NCBI GenBank assembly: GCA_051313645.2
Contig: JBNRSN020000003.1
Coordinates: 140,740,001 to 140,804,000 of the forward strand
Direction of reading: 5' to 3'
DNA from: Centroscyllium fabricii
Taxonomy: Eukaryota
Length of the DNA stretch: 64,000 nucleotides
Part shown: one piece after another, positions 1-11,603 of the stretch
Layout: the number at the start of each line of letters is the position of its first letter
Position numbering within the stretch: position 1 is the first letter of the stretch
Made by a program: the position numbers and the translations under genes
The notes under the pieces: model-generated
Database searches by the model: none
What the model saw: the letters and a program-made list of their open reading frames with translations, nothing else
Told to the model about the DNA's origin: nothing

Positions 1-71
1 GCCAGCGCGGTAGGTAAGCGTGGGTTGGAGACTTGCATTTGTGAGAAGCCGCCAACCCGAATTTCTGGGCC
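1..71. mobile_element. Terminus of a Harbinger/PIF-like MITE running off the window
   Basis: Ends aacccgaatttctgggcc|att, resembling the TIR acccgaaattctggccc|aat of the MITE at 30844-31682. Confidence 0.5.
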
Positions 72-676
72 ATTACATCTAGTCCCCTCATCTAGCTCTA
101 GATCTCTTATATACATATTGTGAATAGCTGGGGTCCTAGCACTGATCCCTGCGGTACCCCACTAGTCACTGCCTACCACTTGGAAAAAGACACGTTTATT
201 CCAACTCTTTGCTTCCTGTCCGCCAACCAGTTCTCTATCCAAGTCAGTACCTTACCCCCAATCCCATGTGCTTTAACTTTACACGCTAATCTCTTATGCG
301 GGACCTTATCAAAAGCCTTCTGAAAGTCCAAATACACATCCACTGGTTCTCCGTTATCTATTTGACCAGTTACATCCGCAAAGAATTTCAGTAGATTAGT
401 CAAGCACAATTTACCTTTAGTAAATCCATGTTGACGTTGTCCGATCCTATCGCTGTTTTCCAAGTGCTCTGCTATGACATCTTTTATAATGGACTCTAGC
501 ATTTTCCACACTACCGGGCTTACCTGTATAATTCCCTGTTTTCTCTCTACCACCTTTTTTGAATAGTGGGATAACATTAGCTACCCTCCAATCCATTGGA
601 ACTGTTCCAGTGTCTGTAGAATTTTGGAAGATGACCAGCAATGCATCTAGTATTTCTAGGGCCACTTCCTTAATAT

Positions 677-1075
677 GGGCGGCACGGTGGCACAGTGATT
701 AGCACTGCTGTCTCACAGCACTGGAGACCCGGGTTCAAATCCGGCCTCGGGTACTATCTGTGAGAAGTTTGCACATTCTCCCCGTGTCTGCGTGGGTTTC
801 CTCCGGGTGCTCCGGTTTCCTCCCACAGTCCAAAGATGTGCGGGTTAGGTTGATTGGCCAGGATAAATTGACCCTAATGTGTTAGGGGGTTGAATATGTG
901 GGGTTACGGGGATAGGGTGGGATATGTGTCAATGCAGGCTCGAAAGAGAGAGGGCAGGGGCGGGGTGCTGGGTTTGGATGATCAGCCATGATCTCATTGA
1001 ATGGCGGAACAGGCTCGAAGGGCCGAATGGCCTACTCCTGCTCCTAGTTTCTATGTCTATGTTTCTATGTTTCTA
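677..1075 (+). mobile_element. V-SINE (HE1-like), tRNA head with CR1-derived tail
   Basis: A box tggcacagtga, B box gggttcaaatcc, V-domain gtttgcacattctccccgtgtctgcgtgggtttcctccgg, CR1 3' tail ending in (tttctatg)n. Confidence 0.9.
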
Positions 1076-1130
1076 CCCTAGGATGTAGATTATCAGGCCC
1101 TGGGGATTTATCGGCCTTCAATCCCGTCAA

Positions 1131-1238
1131 TTTCCCCCATAGGGTCTAATGAGAGGGAGGAACTGAATTAAATCAGTATTTCCCAACAAATACTGATTTA
1201 ATTCAGTTCCTCCCTCTCATTAGACCCTATGGGGGAAA
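1131..1238. repeat. Perfect 51-bp inverted repeat with a 6-nt loop
   Basis: 1131-1181 is the exact reverse complement of 1188-1238; loop cccaac. Confidence 0.95.
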
Positions 1239-1900
1239 AATTCAGCATCGCCCCTTTTGGGGCGCCATTCTCGGCCGTGCACAAAGTTTAGCGCCTGGTG
1301 CTAATTATCACCTCTGACGGCAAACTTGGCTTTTATCGCCCCTGGAGGTAATTGGAGTGCTAAATCAGTCGCTTGACACCTGTCTTAAGGGGCAAAGCCC
1401 GAGGAGTGAGGCGCTACCTAAGAGCGCTGGTGAAGCAAGAAAGGGCAAATCAAAATGAACCTGCAAAGTGCTGCTCAGTACCCAAAACTCCTTCACACAG
1501 CATTGAATTTCTCCAGAAGTCTCTCTCTCAGAATGCATGATGCAAAAATGTCACCAACAAAAAAAGGCAGGAAGCGGCCACCTTTAAATAGCGCTCCCCC
1601 AGTCTCTTTCTGACTGCAAAACGCTCCCCTCAACCTATTGTTATTAGCGGCAGGTGGTAAGGCAGGGGGCGCCACTCAATATCCGGTCCGAGGTGCTACC
1701 GAGGCGTTGCACACTCGACTGACGTCACGATCTGCCGGCGCAGGAGATCATGGCGGTAGTGTTTAGCGCTGCCACAAAATGTCTAGTTAATTTTGTGAGT
1801 GGCACAAACATTGCCGTGCCTTGACGCTAGTTGCTCTGCGCCACATTAGTGCCCTCTTAAGGCACTAACGGGAGGTGCAAACAACTGAATTTTTCCCCCC
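1231..1900. mobile_element. Harbinger/PIF-like MITE inside the CR1
   Basis: TIRs gggggaaaaattcag / ctgaatttttccccc; probable 3-bp TSD tat/ttt; CR1 resumes at about 1901. Confidence 0.75.
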
Positions 1901-2403
1901 TTTGTTCCCCGACATCTCTGGGAGTTTATTTGTGTCCTCCTTTGTGAAGACAGAACAAAAGTATGTATTTAATTGGCCTGCCATTTCTTTGTTCCCCATT
2001 ATAAATTCCCCTGATTCTGACGTAACCAATCTTTTTCTCTTCACATATCTATAGAAGCTTTTACAGTCAGTTTTTATGTTCCCTGAAAGCTTACTCTCAT
2101 ACTCTATTTTCCCCCTTTTATTTTTGTCTCTGAGTCAACTACTTCAAACTCCATCTTAATGAAGAATTCTATCATATTATGATCGCTCCGACCCAAGGGG
2201 CCTCACACAACAAGATTGCTAATTAACCCTTTCTCATTACATAATACCCAGTCTGAGATGGCCTGATCTTTAGTTGGTTCCTCGACATATTGGTCCAGGA
2301 AACCATCCCGTATGCACTCCAGGAATTCCCCCTCCACAGTATTGTTAGTAATTTGGTTAGCCCAATCTATATGTAGATTAAAATCACCTATGATAACTGC
2401 TGC

Positions 2404-2705
2404 TGTAGCAGCGCTACCCAGGGAAGACACCAGGGCTCCCCCTCTCAGCCATAATCCCCATGCAACGGTCGGTCCTGCCCCCGCAGTCCGATTGGACAAC
2501 CGGTTCGCCAGCCTCAGTCCCTCAGTGGCCTGGGGAACTGCCACTCAGGTCGACTCATGCGCCCCAGTGTGCTTTGCGGATTCGCGGGCTTTTTCGAACA
2601 GCTTTGTACTGCTGAGCTATGCAATAAAGACGTGTTGAACCTGTGCTCCTGCACCCCGCGCCTTTTTACTCCGAAACGTGAGTAGGAAGTCTGCCGACTC
2701 CTACA
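2404..2705 (+). mobile_element. Solo LTR
   Basis: TGTAG...CTACA termini, 4-bp TSD ctgc/ctgt, AATAAA near 2623; interrupts CR1 APE sequence that is contiguous in the copy near 13141. Confidence 0.8.
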
Positions 2706-3043
2706 CTGTGCCCTTATTGCACGCTTCTCTAAGTTCCCATTTAATGCCATCCCCGACCTCAACATTACTGTTTGGGGATCTGTATACAACTCGCACAAAC
2801 ATTTTCTGCCCCTTGGTATTTCTCAGCTCTACCCATACAGATTCCACATCATCAGAGCTAATATCCTTCCTTACTATTGTGTTAATCCCCTCTTTAACCA
2901 GCAATGCTACTCCACCTCCTTTTCCTTTTTGCCTGTCTTTCCTGAATATTGAATACCCCTAGATGTTGAATTCCCAACCTTGGTTACCATGGAGCCATGG
3001 CTCCGTAATCCCAATTACATCATATCAGTTTACATCTATTTGT

Positions 3044-3416
3044 GCATGGTGGCGCAGTGGTTAGCACTGCTGCCTTGCAATAAGGAGCTCCTGGGTTCGA
3101 ATCCTGCTTGGCCCTTGAACTCTGCGTGGAGTTTGCATGTTCTCCCCGTGTTCGTGTGGGTTTCCTCCGGGTACTCCGGTTTCCTCCCACCACCCAAAGA
3201 CATGCAGGTTAGGTGAATTGGAGATACTAAAAATTGCCCATGAGTATGTGTGTGAGATATAGTTCTTAGAGCTGGGGACGTCAGGGGATATGGGGAAAAG
3301 GTAGGAGGGGGTGCTGGGTTTGGATGATCCACCATGATCTCATCAAAGAAATGGCAGAGCAGGCTCGAAGGGCCAAATGGCCTACTCCTGCTCCTATCTT
3401 CTGTGTGTTTCTGTGT
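3044..3416 (+). mobile_element. V-SINE with CR1 tail
   Basis: A box tggcgcagtgg, B box gggttcgaatcc, V-domain, tail ...ggcctactcctgctcctatcttctgtg. Confidence 0.9.
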
Positions 3417-3692
3417 GCAGCTAATTCATCCACCTTATTATGAATGCTCCTCTCATTAAGATACAAAGTCTTCAGGCTTGTTTTTTTAAACACTCTTAGA
3501 CCTTTTTGAATTATTATTTACTGTGCCCATGTTTGATTAAACCCTTGGTTTCTCTGACTGCCACTTTTGCTTTTCTCCCTCCTGTCTTTTGCTTCTATCC
3601 TTGCTTCCCTTTCCTCTGTCTCCCTGCACAGTTTCCCAAACCCCTGCCATTTTAGTTTAAACCCTCCCCAACAGCACTAGCAAACACTCCCC

Positions 3693-4286
3693 CTAGGACA
3701 TCAGTCCTGGTCCTGCCCAGGTGCAAATCTTCCAGTTTGTACTGGTCCCACCTCCCCCAGAACCGGTTCCAATGTCCCAGGAATTTGACTTGCACCATTC
3801 CTCCAGCCACGTATTCATCTGAAATATCCTTCTATTTCTACTCTGACTAGCACATGGCACTGGCAGCAATCCTGAGATTACTACCTTTGAGGTCTTATTT
3901 TTGAATTTACCTCCAAACTCCCTATGTTGAGCTTTTAGGACCTCATCCCGGTTTTTACCTATATCGCTGGTACCTATATTGACCAGGACAACTGGCTGTT
4001 CACCCTCCTCCTCCAATATGCTCTGCAGCCACACCATAACATCCTTGACCCTTGCACCAGGGAGGCAACATACCATCCTGGAGTCTTGTTTGCGGCTGCA
4101 GTAACGCCTATCTATTCCCCTTGCAATAGAATCCCCTTTCACTAAAGCTCTCTCGCTCTTTTTCCTCCCGTCCTGTGCAGCAGAACCACCCACAGTGCCA
4201 GGAAGTTGGCTGCTGCTGCCTTCCCCCGATAAGCCATCTCCCTCAACATCCAAATTGGTACATCTGTTTGAGAGGGAGATGGCCAC
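3693..4286 (-). pseudogene. CR1 ORF1 esterase (SGNH/GDSL-like) domain
   Basis: GDSIARG, CCLPGARVKD and VLVNIGTSD motifs typical of the CR1 ORF1 esterase. Confidence 0.85.
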
Positions 4287-4453
4287 AGGAGACTCCTGTA
4301 CTACTAGCTTGTGCCTACTACTCCGCCTGGCAGTTAGCGATTCCCTTCCTGCCTGTGCAGCCTTTACCTGCGGTGTAACTGATAGGCCATCAATAATCCA
4401 AGCGAGAGGTTTAAGGACTTAAAGGTAGGCTTTTAATAACAAAGGGGAAGCGG

Positions 4454-4528
4454 TGGCGTAGTGGTTATATCACTAGACTAGTAAGCCAGAGACTCAGTCA
4501 AATGCTCTGAGGATATGGGTTCAAATCC
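4454..4528 (+). promoter_or_regulatory. Type-2 internal Pol III promoter (A and B boxes)
   Basis: TGGCGTAGTGG starts 10 nt after the element start; GGTTCAAATCC follows. Both match the tRNA consensus. Confidence 0.8.
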
Positions 4529-4883
4529 CACCATGGCAGCTGGTGGAATTTAAATTCAATTCAATTTAATTCTGGAATTAAAATGTTAGTCTTAGTAATG
4601 GCGACCATGATACCATTGTCGATTGTTGCAAAAACCCATCTGGTTCACTAATGTCCTTTAGGGAAGGAAATCTGCCGTCCTTACCTGGTCTGGCCTACAT
4701 GTGACTCAAGACCCACAGCAATGTGGTTGACTCTTAATGCCCTCTGAAATGGCCTAGCAAGCCACTCAGTTGTAATCAACCGCTACGAAAAACAATAAGA
4801 ATAAAACCAGATGGACCACCCGGCATCGACCTCGGCACCGGAAATGACAACGTCAACGGCAAACCCGGCCCTGTCGACCCTGC

Positions 4884-7680
4884 AAAGTCCTCCTCACAAA
4901 CATCTGGGGACTTGTGCCAAAATTGGGAGAGCTGTCCCACAGACTAGTCAAGCAACAGCCTGACATAGTCATACTCACAGAATCATACCTTACAGCCAAT
5001 GTCCCAGACACCAGCATCACCATTCCTGGGTATGTCCTGTCCCACCGGCAGGACAGACCCACCAGAGGTGGTGGCACTGCGGTATACAGTCGGGAGGGAG
5101 TAGCCCTGGGAGTCCTCAACATTGACTCAGGACCCCATGAGGTCTCATGGCATCAAGTCAAACATAGGCAAGGAAACCTCCTACTAATTACCACCTACCG
5201 CCCTCCCTCAGCTGATGAATCAGTACTCCTCCATGTTGAACATCAATTGGAAGAAGCACTGAGAGTAGCAAGGGCACAAAATGTCCTCTGGGTGGGGGAC
5301 TTCAATGTCCATCACCAAGAGTGGCTCGATAGCACCACAACTGACCGAGCTGGCCGAGTCCTAAAGGACATAGCTGCCAGACTGGGTCTGCAACAGGTGG
5401 TGAGGGAACCAACAAGAGGGAAAAATCTACTTGATCTCGTCCTCACCAGTCTACCTGTTGCAGATGCATCTGTCCATGACAGCATTGGTGGAAGTGACCA
5501 CCGCACAGTCCTTGTGGAGACGAAGTCCCGTCTTCATGTTGAGGATACCCTCCACCGTGTTGTGTGGCACTACCACTGTGCTAAATGGGACAGATTTCGA
5601 ACAGATCTGGCAACTCAAAACTGGGCATCCATGTGGGCCATCAGCAGCAGCAGAATTGTATTCAACCACAATCTGTGACCTCATGGCCCGGCATATCCCT
5701 TACTCTACCATTACCATCAAGCCGGGAGATCAACCCTGGTTTAACGAAGAGTGCAGGAGAGCATGCCGGGAACAGCACCAGGCATACCGGAAAATGAGGT
5801 GTCAACCTGGCGAGGCTACAACACAGGACTACTTGCATGCCAAACAACAGAAGCAACATGCGATAGACAGAGCTAAGCGATCTCACAACCATCGGATCAA
5901 ATCAAAGCTCTGCAGTCCTGCCACATCCAGTCGTGAGTGGTGGTGGACTATTAAACAGTTAACAGGAGGAGGAGGCTCCAAAAATATCCCCATCCTGTGG
6001 AGCCCAGCACGTGAGTGCAAAAGACAAGGCTGAAGCATTTGCAACTATCTTCAGCCAGAAATGCCGAGTGGATGATCCATCTCGGCCTCCTCCTGAGGTC
6101 CCCAGCATCACAGATGCCAGTCTTCAGCCCATTCAATTCACTCCACGTGATGTCAAGAAACGGCTGAAGACACTGGATACTGCAAAGGCTATGGGCCCTG
6201 ACAACATTCCAGCAATAGTACTGAAGACTTGTGCTCCAGAACTAGCTGCGCCCCTAGCCAAGCTGTTCCAGTACAGCTACAACACTGGCATCTACCCAGC
6301 AATGTGGAAAATTGCCCAAGTATGTCCTGTCTACAAAAAGCAGGACAAATCCGACCCGGCCAATTACCGTCCCATCAGTCTACTCTCAATCATCAGCAAA
6401 GTGATGGAAGGTGTCGTCGACAGTGCTATCAAGCGGCACTTACTCAGCAATAACCTGCTAACTGACGCCCAGTTTGGGTTCCGCCAGGGCCACTCAGCTC
6501 CTGACCTCATCACAGCCTTGGTCCAAACATGGACAAAAGAGCTGAATTCCAGAGGTGAGGTGAGAGTGACTGCCCTTGACATCAAGGCAGCATTTGATCG
6601 AGTGTGGCATCAAGGAGCCCTGGCAAAGCTGAAGTCAATGGGAATCAAGGGGAAAACTCTCCATTGGTTGGAATCATACCTAGCACAAAGGAAGTTGGCT
6701 GTGGTTGTTGGAGGTCATTCATCTCAACCACAGGACATCACTGCATGAGTTCCTCAGGGCAGTGTCCTAGGCCCAACCATCTTCAGCTGTTTCATCAATG
6801 ACCTTCCCTCCATCATAAGGTCAGAAGTGGGAATGTTCGCTGATGATTGCACACTGTTCAGCACCATTCGAAACTCGTCAGATACTGACACAGTCCGTGT
6901 CCATTATGCAGCAAGACCTGGACAACATTCAGACTTGGGCTGACAAGTGGCAAGTAATATTCGCACCACACAAGTGCCAGGCAATGACCATCTCCAACAA
7001 ACGAGAGTCTAACCATCTCCCCTTGACATTCAATGCCATTATCATCGCTGAATCCCCCACTATCAACATCCTGGGGGTTACCATTGATCGGAAACTGAAC
7101 TGGACCAGCCATATAAATACTGTGGCTACAAGAGCAGGCCAGAGGCTGGGAATTCTGCGGCAAGTGTCTCACCTCCTGACTCCCCAAAGCCTTTACACCA
7201 TCTACAAGGCACAAGTCAGGAGTGTGATGAATACTCTCCACTTGCCTGGATGAGTGCAGCTCAAACAACACTCAAGAAGCTCGACACCATTCAGGATAAA
7301 GCAGGCCGCTTGATTGGCACTCCATCCACCACCTCCAACATATTCACTCCCTCCACCACCGGCGCACTGTGGCTGCAGTGTGTACCATCTACAAGATGCA
7401 CTGCAGCAACTCGCCAAAGCTCCTTCAACAGCACCTTCCAAACCCGCGACCTCTACCACTTAGAAGGACAAGGGCAGCAGACGCATGGGAACAGCACCAC
7501 CTTCAAGTTCCCCTCCAAGCCACACACCATCCTGACTTGGACCTGTATCGCCGCTCCTTCACTGTTGCTGGGCCAAAATCCTGGAACTCCCTTCCTAACA
7601 ACATTGTGGGTGTACCTACACCATACGGACTGCAGCGGTTCAAGAAGGCGGCTCACCACCATCTTCTCAAGGGCAATTAG
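4884..7680 (+). pseudogene. Endonuclease/reverse-transcriptase ORF, disrupted by frameshifts and one stop
   Basis: KVLLTNIWGL, VGDFNVHH, GSDH, YRPISLL, ALDIKAAFDRVWH, (G>stop at 6746)VPQGSVLGP, MFADDC. Confidence 0.9.
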
Positions 7681-7955
7681 GGATGGGCACTAAATGCAGG
7701 CCTAGCCAGCCAGCGACGCCCACATCCCATCAATGAACAATTAAAAAAAAACTAAGAACTGTGGTGCATGTTCCCACTGAGTTCTCCAGGTCGAATGGCT
7801 CAAGCCGCTCTGGAGTCCTCCATATAACAAAAGACAAGGGTGGAGCCCGACATATACAATAGACAAAGGTGGGCGGTACATACATTCCATACATTCCTAG
7901 CACAGGCAAGTCCAGGTGAAAAGCACAGTCTGATGAACATGCATATTTCATCACA

Positions 7956-10900
7956 TTCACCCCTTCTGACCGGGGTTGTGATAGTCCGCCCCGATCGACG
8001 CAACAGAACCTCGGGTTCAGGCCGGGTGTCTGTGGTGCCTTCCTGGGCATACCCATGTGCTGGGGGTGTGGCAGGTACTTCTGAGGGTGGTGTGGGCGGG
8101 ATGCCGTCATCTCCTGCCGGGGCGAGGTCCTTTATGGACACAGTGTCCTCACGCTCGTCGGCGTGTCTGACGTACGCGTACTGTGGGTTCGCGTGCAGTA
8201 GGTGTACTGCCTCTACCAGGGGGTCCGATTTGTGGCCTCTCACATGCTGCCGTAGTAGGACAGATCCTGGGGTGGAGAGCCACGAGGGTAGGGACACCCA
8301 TGAAGTTGATTTGCGGGGAAACGCAAACATCTTCTCGTGAGGGATGGTATTGGTCGCGGTGCACAGGAGCGACCTGATCGAGTGGAGTACATCCAGGAGT
8401 ACCTCCTGCCAGCGGGAGATAGGGAGGTCTCTGGACCTTAACGCTAAGGTGACCGCCTTCCATACTGTCGCGTTCTCCCTCTCCACTTGCCCATTACCCC
8501 GGGGGTTATAACTCGTGGTCCGACTCATGGCTATCGCTTTTGACAGCAGGTATTGGCGTAGCTCGTCGCTGATAAACGACGCCCCTCTGTCAGAGTGGAT
8601 GTAGCTTGGCATGCCGAACATGCAAAATAGGCTGCCGAGGCACTTGATGACCGTGGCACTGGTCATGTCTGGGCAGGGGTAGGCGAATGGGAAGCGGGAG
8701 TACTCGTCCACGATATTGAGGAAGTACACATTGCGATCGGTGGAGGGGAGGGGTCCCTTGAAGTCTAAGCTTAGGCGCTCAAATGGCCGTGTAGGTTTGA
8801 TCGGGTGGGCTCGGTCGGGCCTGTAAAATCGGGGCTTGCACTCCGCGCAGATGCGGCAGTTCCTGGTCATGGACCGGACCTCTTCAATGGAGTAGGGCAG
8901 GTTACGGGATTCTATCAGGTGGAATAGCCGGGTGACTCCCGGGTGGCAGAGGTCATTGTGGAGGCCCTGGAGCCTGTCTCCCTGGATGGTGGCACACATC
9001 CCTCGTGATGGGGCGTCGGGGGGATGCGTTGAGGACCCCCGGCCTATATATAATATACTCGAACGTAGAGTGTTCGATCTGCCACCTGAGGAGTTTGTCA
9101 TTTTTGATCTTCCCCCTCTGTTTATTATTAAACATGAAGGCTACCGACCGCTGGTCAGTAAGCAGGGTGAAGCGTTTCCCGACTAGGTAGTGCCTCCAGT
9201 GCCACACTGCCTCCACTGTAGCCTGGGCCTCTTTCTCTACCGAAGAATGCCTGGTCTCGGGCCCTTGGAGGGTTCTTGAGAAAAAGGCCACGGGCCGCCC
9301 ACCCTGATTGAGGGTGGCTGCTAGGGCGAAGTCAGACGTGTCACTTTCCACCTGGAAAGGGAGTCTTCATCTACTGCCCGCAGCGCGGCCCTTTCAATAT
9401 CACGCTTGATACTGTTGAAGGCGGCATGGGCCTCAGCCGTGAGCGGGAAGGATATTGATTTCAGGAGGGGGCGGGCCTTGTCTGCATAATTGGGGACCCA
9501 TTGGGCGTAGTAGGAGAAGAACCCCAGGCACCTTTTCAGGACCTTAGGGGTGCTTGGTAGGGGGAGCTCCCATAGGGGGTGCAATCGGTCGGGGTCCGGA
9601 CCAATGTTCCCGTTTTCCACCACGCAGCCCAGGATGCAGAGGCGCGTGGTATTAAAAACGCACTTATCCTCGTTATAGGTAAGGTTGAGCCTGTGGGCGG
9701 TTTTCATGAACCTTGCGAGGTTCGAGTCGTGGTCTTGTTGGTCGTGGCCGCAGATGGTGACGTTGTCAAGGTATGGGAAAGTGGCTGCTAACTGGTTCTC
9801 GTCGACCATGTGGTCCATCTCCCTCTGGAAGACCGAGACCCCATTCGTTACCCCGAAGGGGACACTGAGGAAGTGGTAGAGGCGTCCGTTCGCCTCAAAG
9901 GCGGTATATGGACGGTCCTCCGGCCTAATGGGGAGCTGGTGGTATGCCGATTTCAGGTCAATGGTGGAAAATACCCGGTATTGGGCAATTTCATTGACCA
10001 TATCTGATATGCGGGGCAGTGGGTAGGCATCCAGCTGGGTGTATAGGTTAACTGTCTGGCTATAAGCTATCACCATCCGCTTCTTTTCGCTCCCCTTGAC
10101 TACTACTACCTGTGCGTGCCATGGGCTGGTACTGCATTCAATGATACCCGCCGTAGTCTTTCAACTTCCGCCGCAATGAACCGTCTGTCCTCCTGGCTGT
10201 ACCGCCTGCTCTTGGTCGCTATGGGGGCGACAGTTTGGAGCGAGATTGGCGAACAGGGAGGGAGGCTTGACCTTCAGGGTAGCCAGACAGCACACTGTGA
10301 GGGGCGGCTGGGACCCACCGAAGGTGAGCGTGATATTTGGTGGTGGCATTACCAGTAGTTTAAAATCTTTATAATCGTTGCCCTTGACTGACAACATAAC
10401 CATGCAGAACCCCATAATGTGTGAGGTGTGTGTTTTATCCGCCATGGCGATTTTGCCCTGTGTAGGGACTACTGTTAGTGAGAGTTTCTTCACCAAACTG
10501 GGGTGGATGAAGCTTTCAGTGCTCCCGCAGTCAATCAGGCATTTAACATTGTTCCCGTTGACTCTTATGTCCATCATCGATTTCGACAGTGGGTGTGGCC
10601 TGGACTGATCCACCATAATCGTGGCCTCCTGGGGGTCCGTGGGGGTGGGACAAGATGGCGTCCAAACTGGCTGCCCCCCCCCCGGCGCGCACGCGGCGGT
10701 GGAGGAGCTGGAAGAGTTGGGGCAAGATGGCGTCCAAGATGGCTGCCCCCACGGCACGCACGCGGCAGTGGAGGAGCTGGAGGCGGGGTTCCCTCTGCAG
10801 ACCTTGCCAAAGTGCCCTTTCTTCCCGCATCTGAAACAGGTGGTGCCTTTCGCTGGGCACAGAAGCTTCGAGTGCCTGTCCTGACCGCAGAAGTAACATT

Positions 10901-11603
10901 TCGGGCCCCGATGCATCGTGGCAGTAGTGGGGCTCCTGGATGGAGGTTGGGGCTCCGATGGTGCTGCGCTGGCCTGAAAACCGGGAGGCGAAGATGGCTT
11001 CCAAGATGGCTGCCCCCACGGCGCGCACGAGTTGGGGTGGGCCGCGTGCCCTGAGGAGTAAGACTCAGCGTTCCTCTGGGCCATATCTAGCGATCGCGCT
11101 GTGTCCATTGCTTGCTTTAAATCTAGCTTCTCTTTCTCGAACATCTTCTGCCGAATGTAATTCGAGCTGAGGCCTGCGATGAAGGCGTCACGGATCAGCT
11201 CTTCTGTGTGCACGGTGGCAGACACAGCCTTGCAATTACCGTCTCTGCCCAGTACTTTTAGGTGCAACATAAAATCCTCCAGTGACTCACTAGGCCGCTG
11301 CTTGCGGGTAGTTAGAAGATGTCTGGCGTATACCTCATTCACTGGCCGCACGTAGTGGGCCTTCAGGGTGGTACAGGCATCTTCATAGCTGGGGGCATCC
11401 TTAAGGAGGATTGAGACCCGATGGCTCACCCGATTCCGTAGGATACCCAGCTTCACGTCCCCGGTAGTGGTCGCGGATGCTATCGTGGCGGCGGAGGTTT
11501 CCAGAAACAATTCAAAGTACTGGAACCAGTGTCCGAACTGTGTGGCGGCATCAGAGGTGTGTTGGTCTAAATCTAAGCGCTCTGGTATCAGGAGCCGATC
11601 CAT
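7956..11603 (-). pseudogene. gag-pol: gag-pol of element A, frameshifted
   Basis: CCHC-type knuckles (CFRCGKKGHFGKVC), LIDCGS protease, YLDN RT, RNase H, and HHCC/DDE integrase (ORFs 10161-11603, 9321-10076, 8953-9351, 7800-9101). Confidence 0.9.

Larger units (their letters stand above)
4444..7750 (+). mobile_element. LINE (CR1/L2-group-like APE-RT) with a tRNA-derived 5' head and no ORF1, inserted in the 3' LTR of element A
   Basis: LTR halves are contiguous across 4440|7750. A box 4454-4464, B box 4518-4528, APE and RT motifs, A-rich tail. Confidence 0.9.

Noticed and set aside
677-750. tRNA genes at SINE and LINE heads (also 3044, 4444, 47740, 53411, 54803)
   Set aside because: Each continues into a SINE or LINE body with no terminator, and no complete cloverleaf is evident.
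4875-4890. Dicistrovirus-like CCU start (cct gca) for the LINE ORF
   Set aside because: It is out of frame with the APE domain in this copy, and I could not support a pseudoknot by eye.
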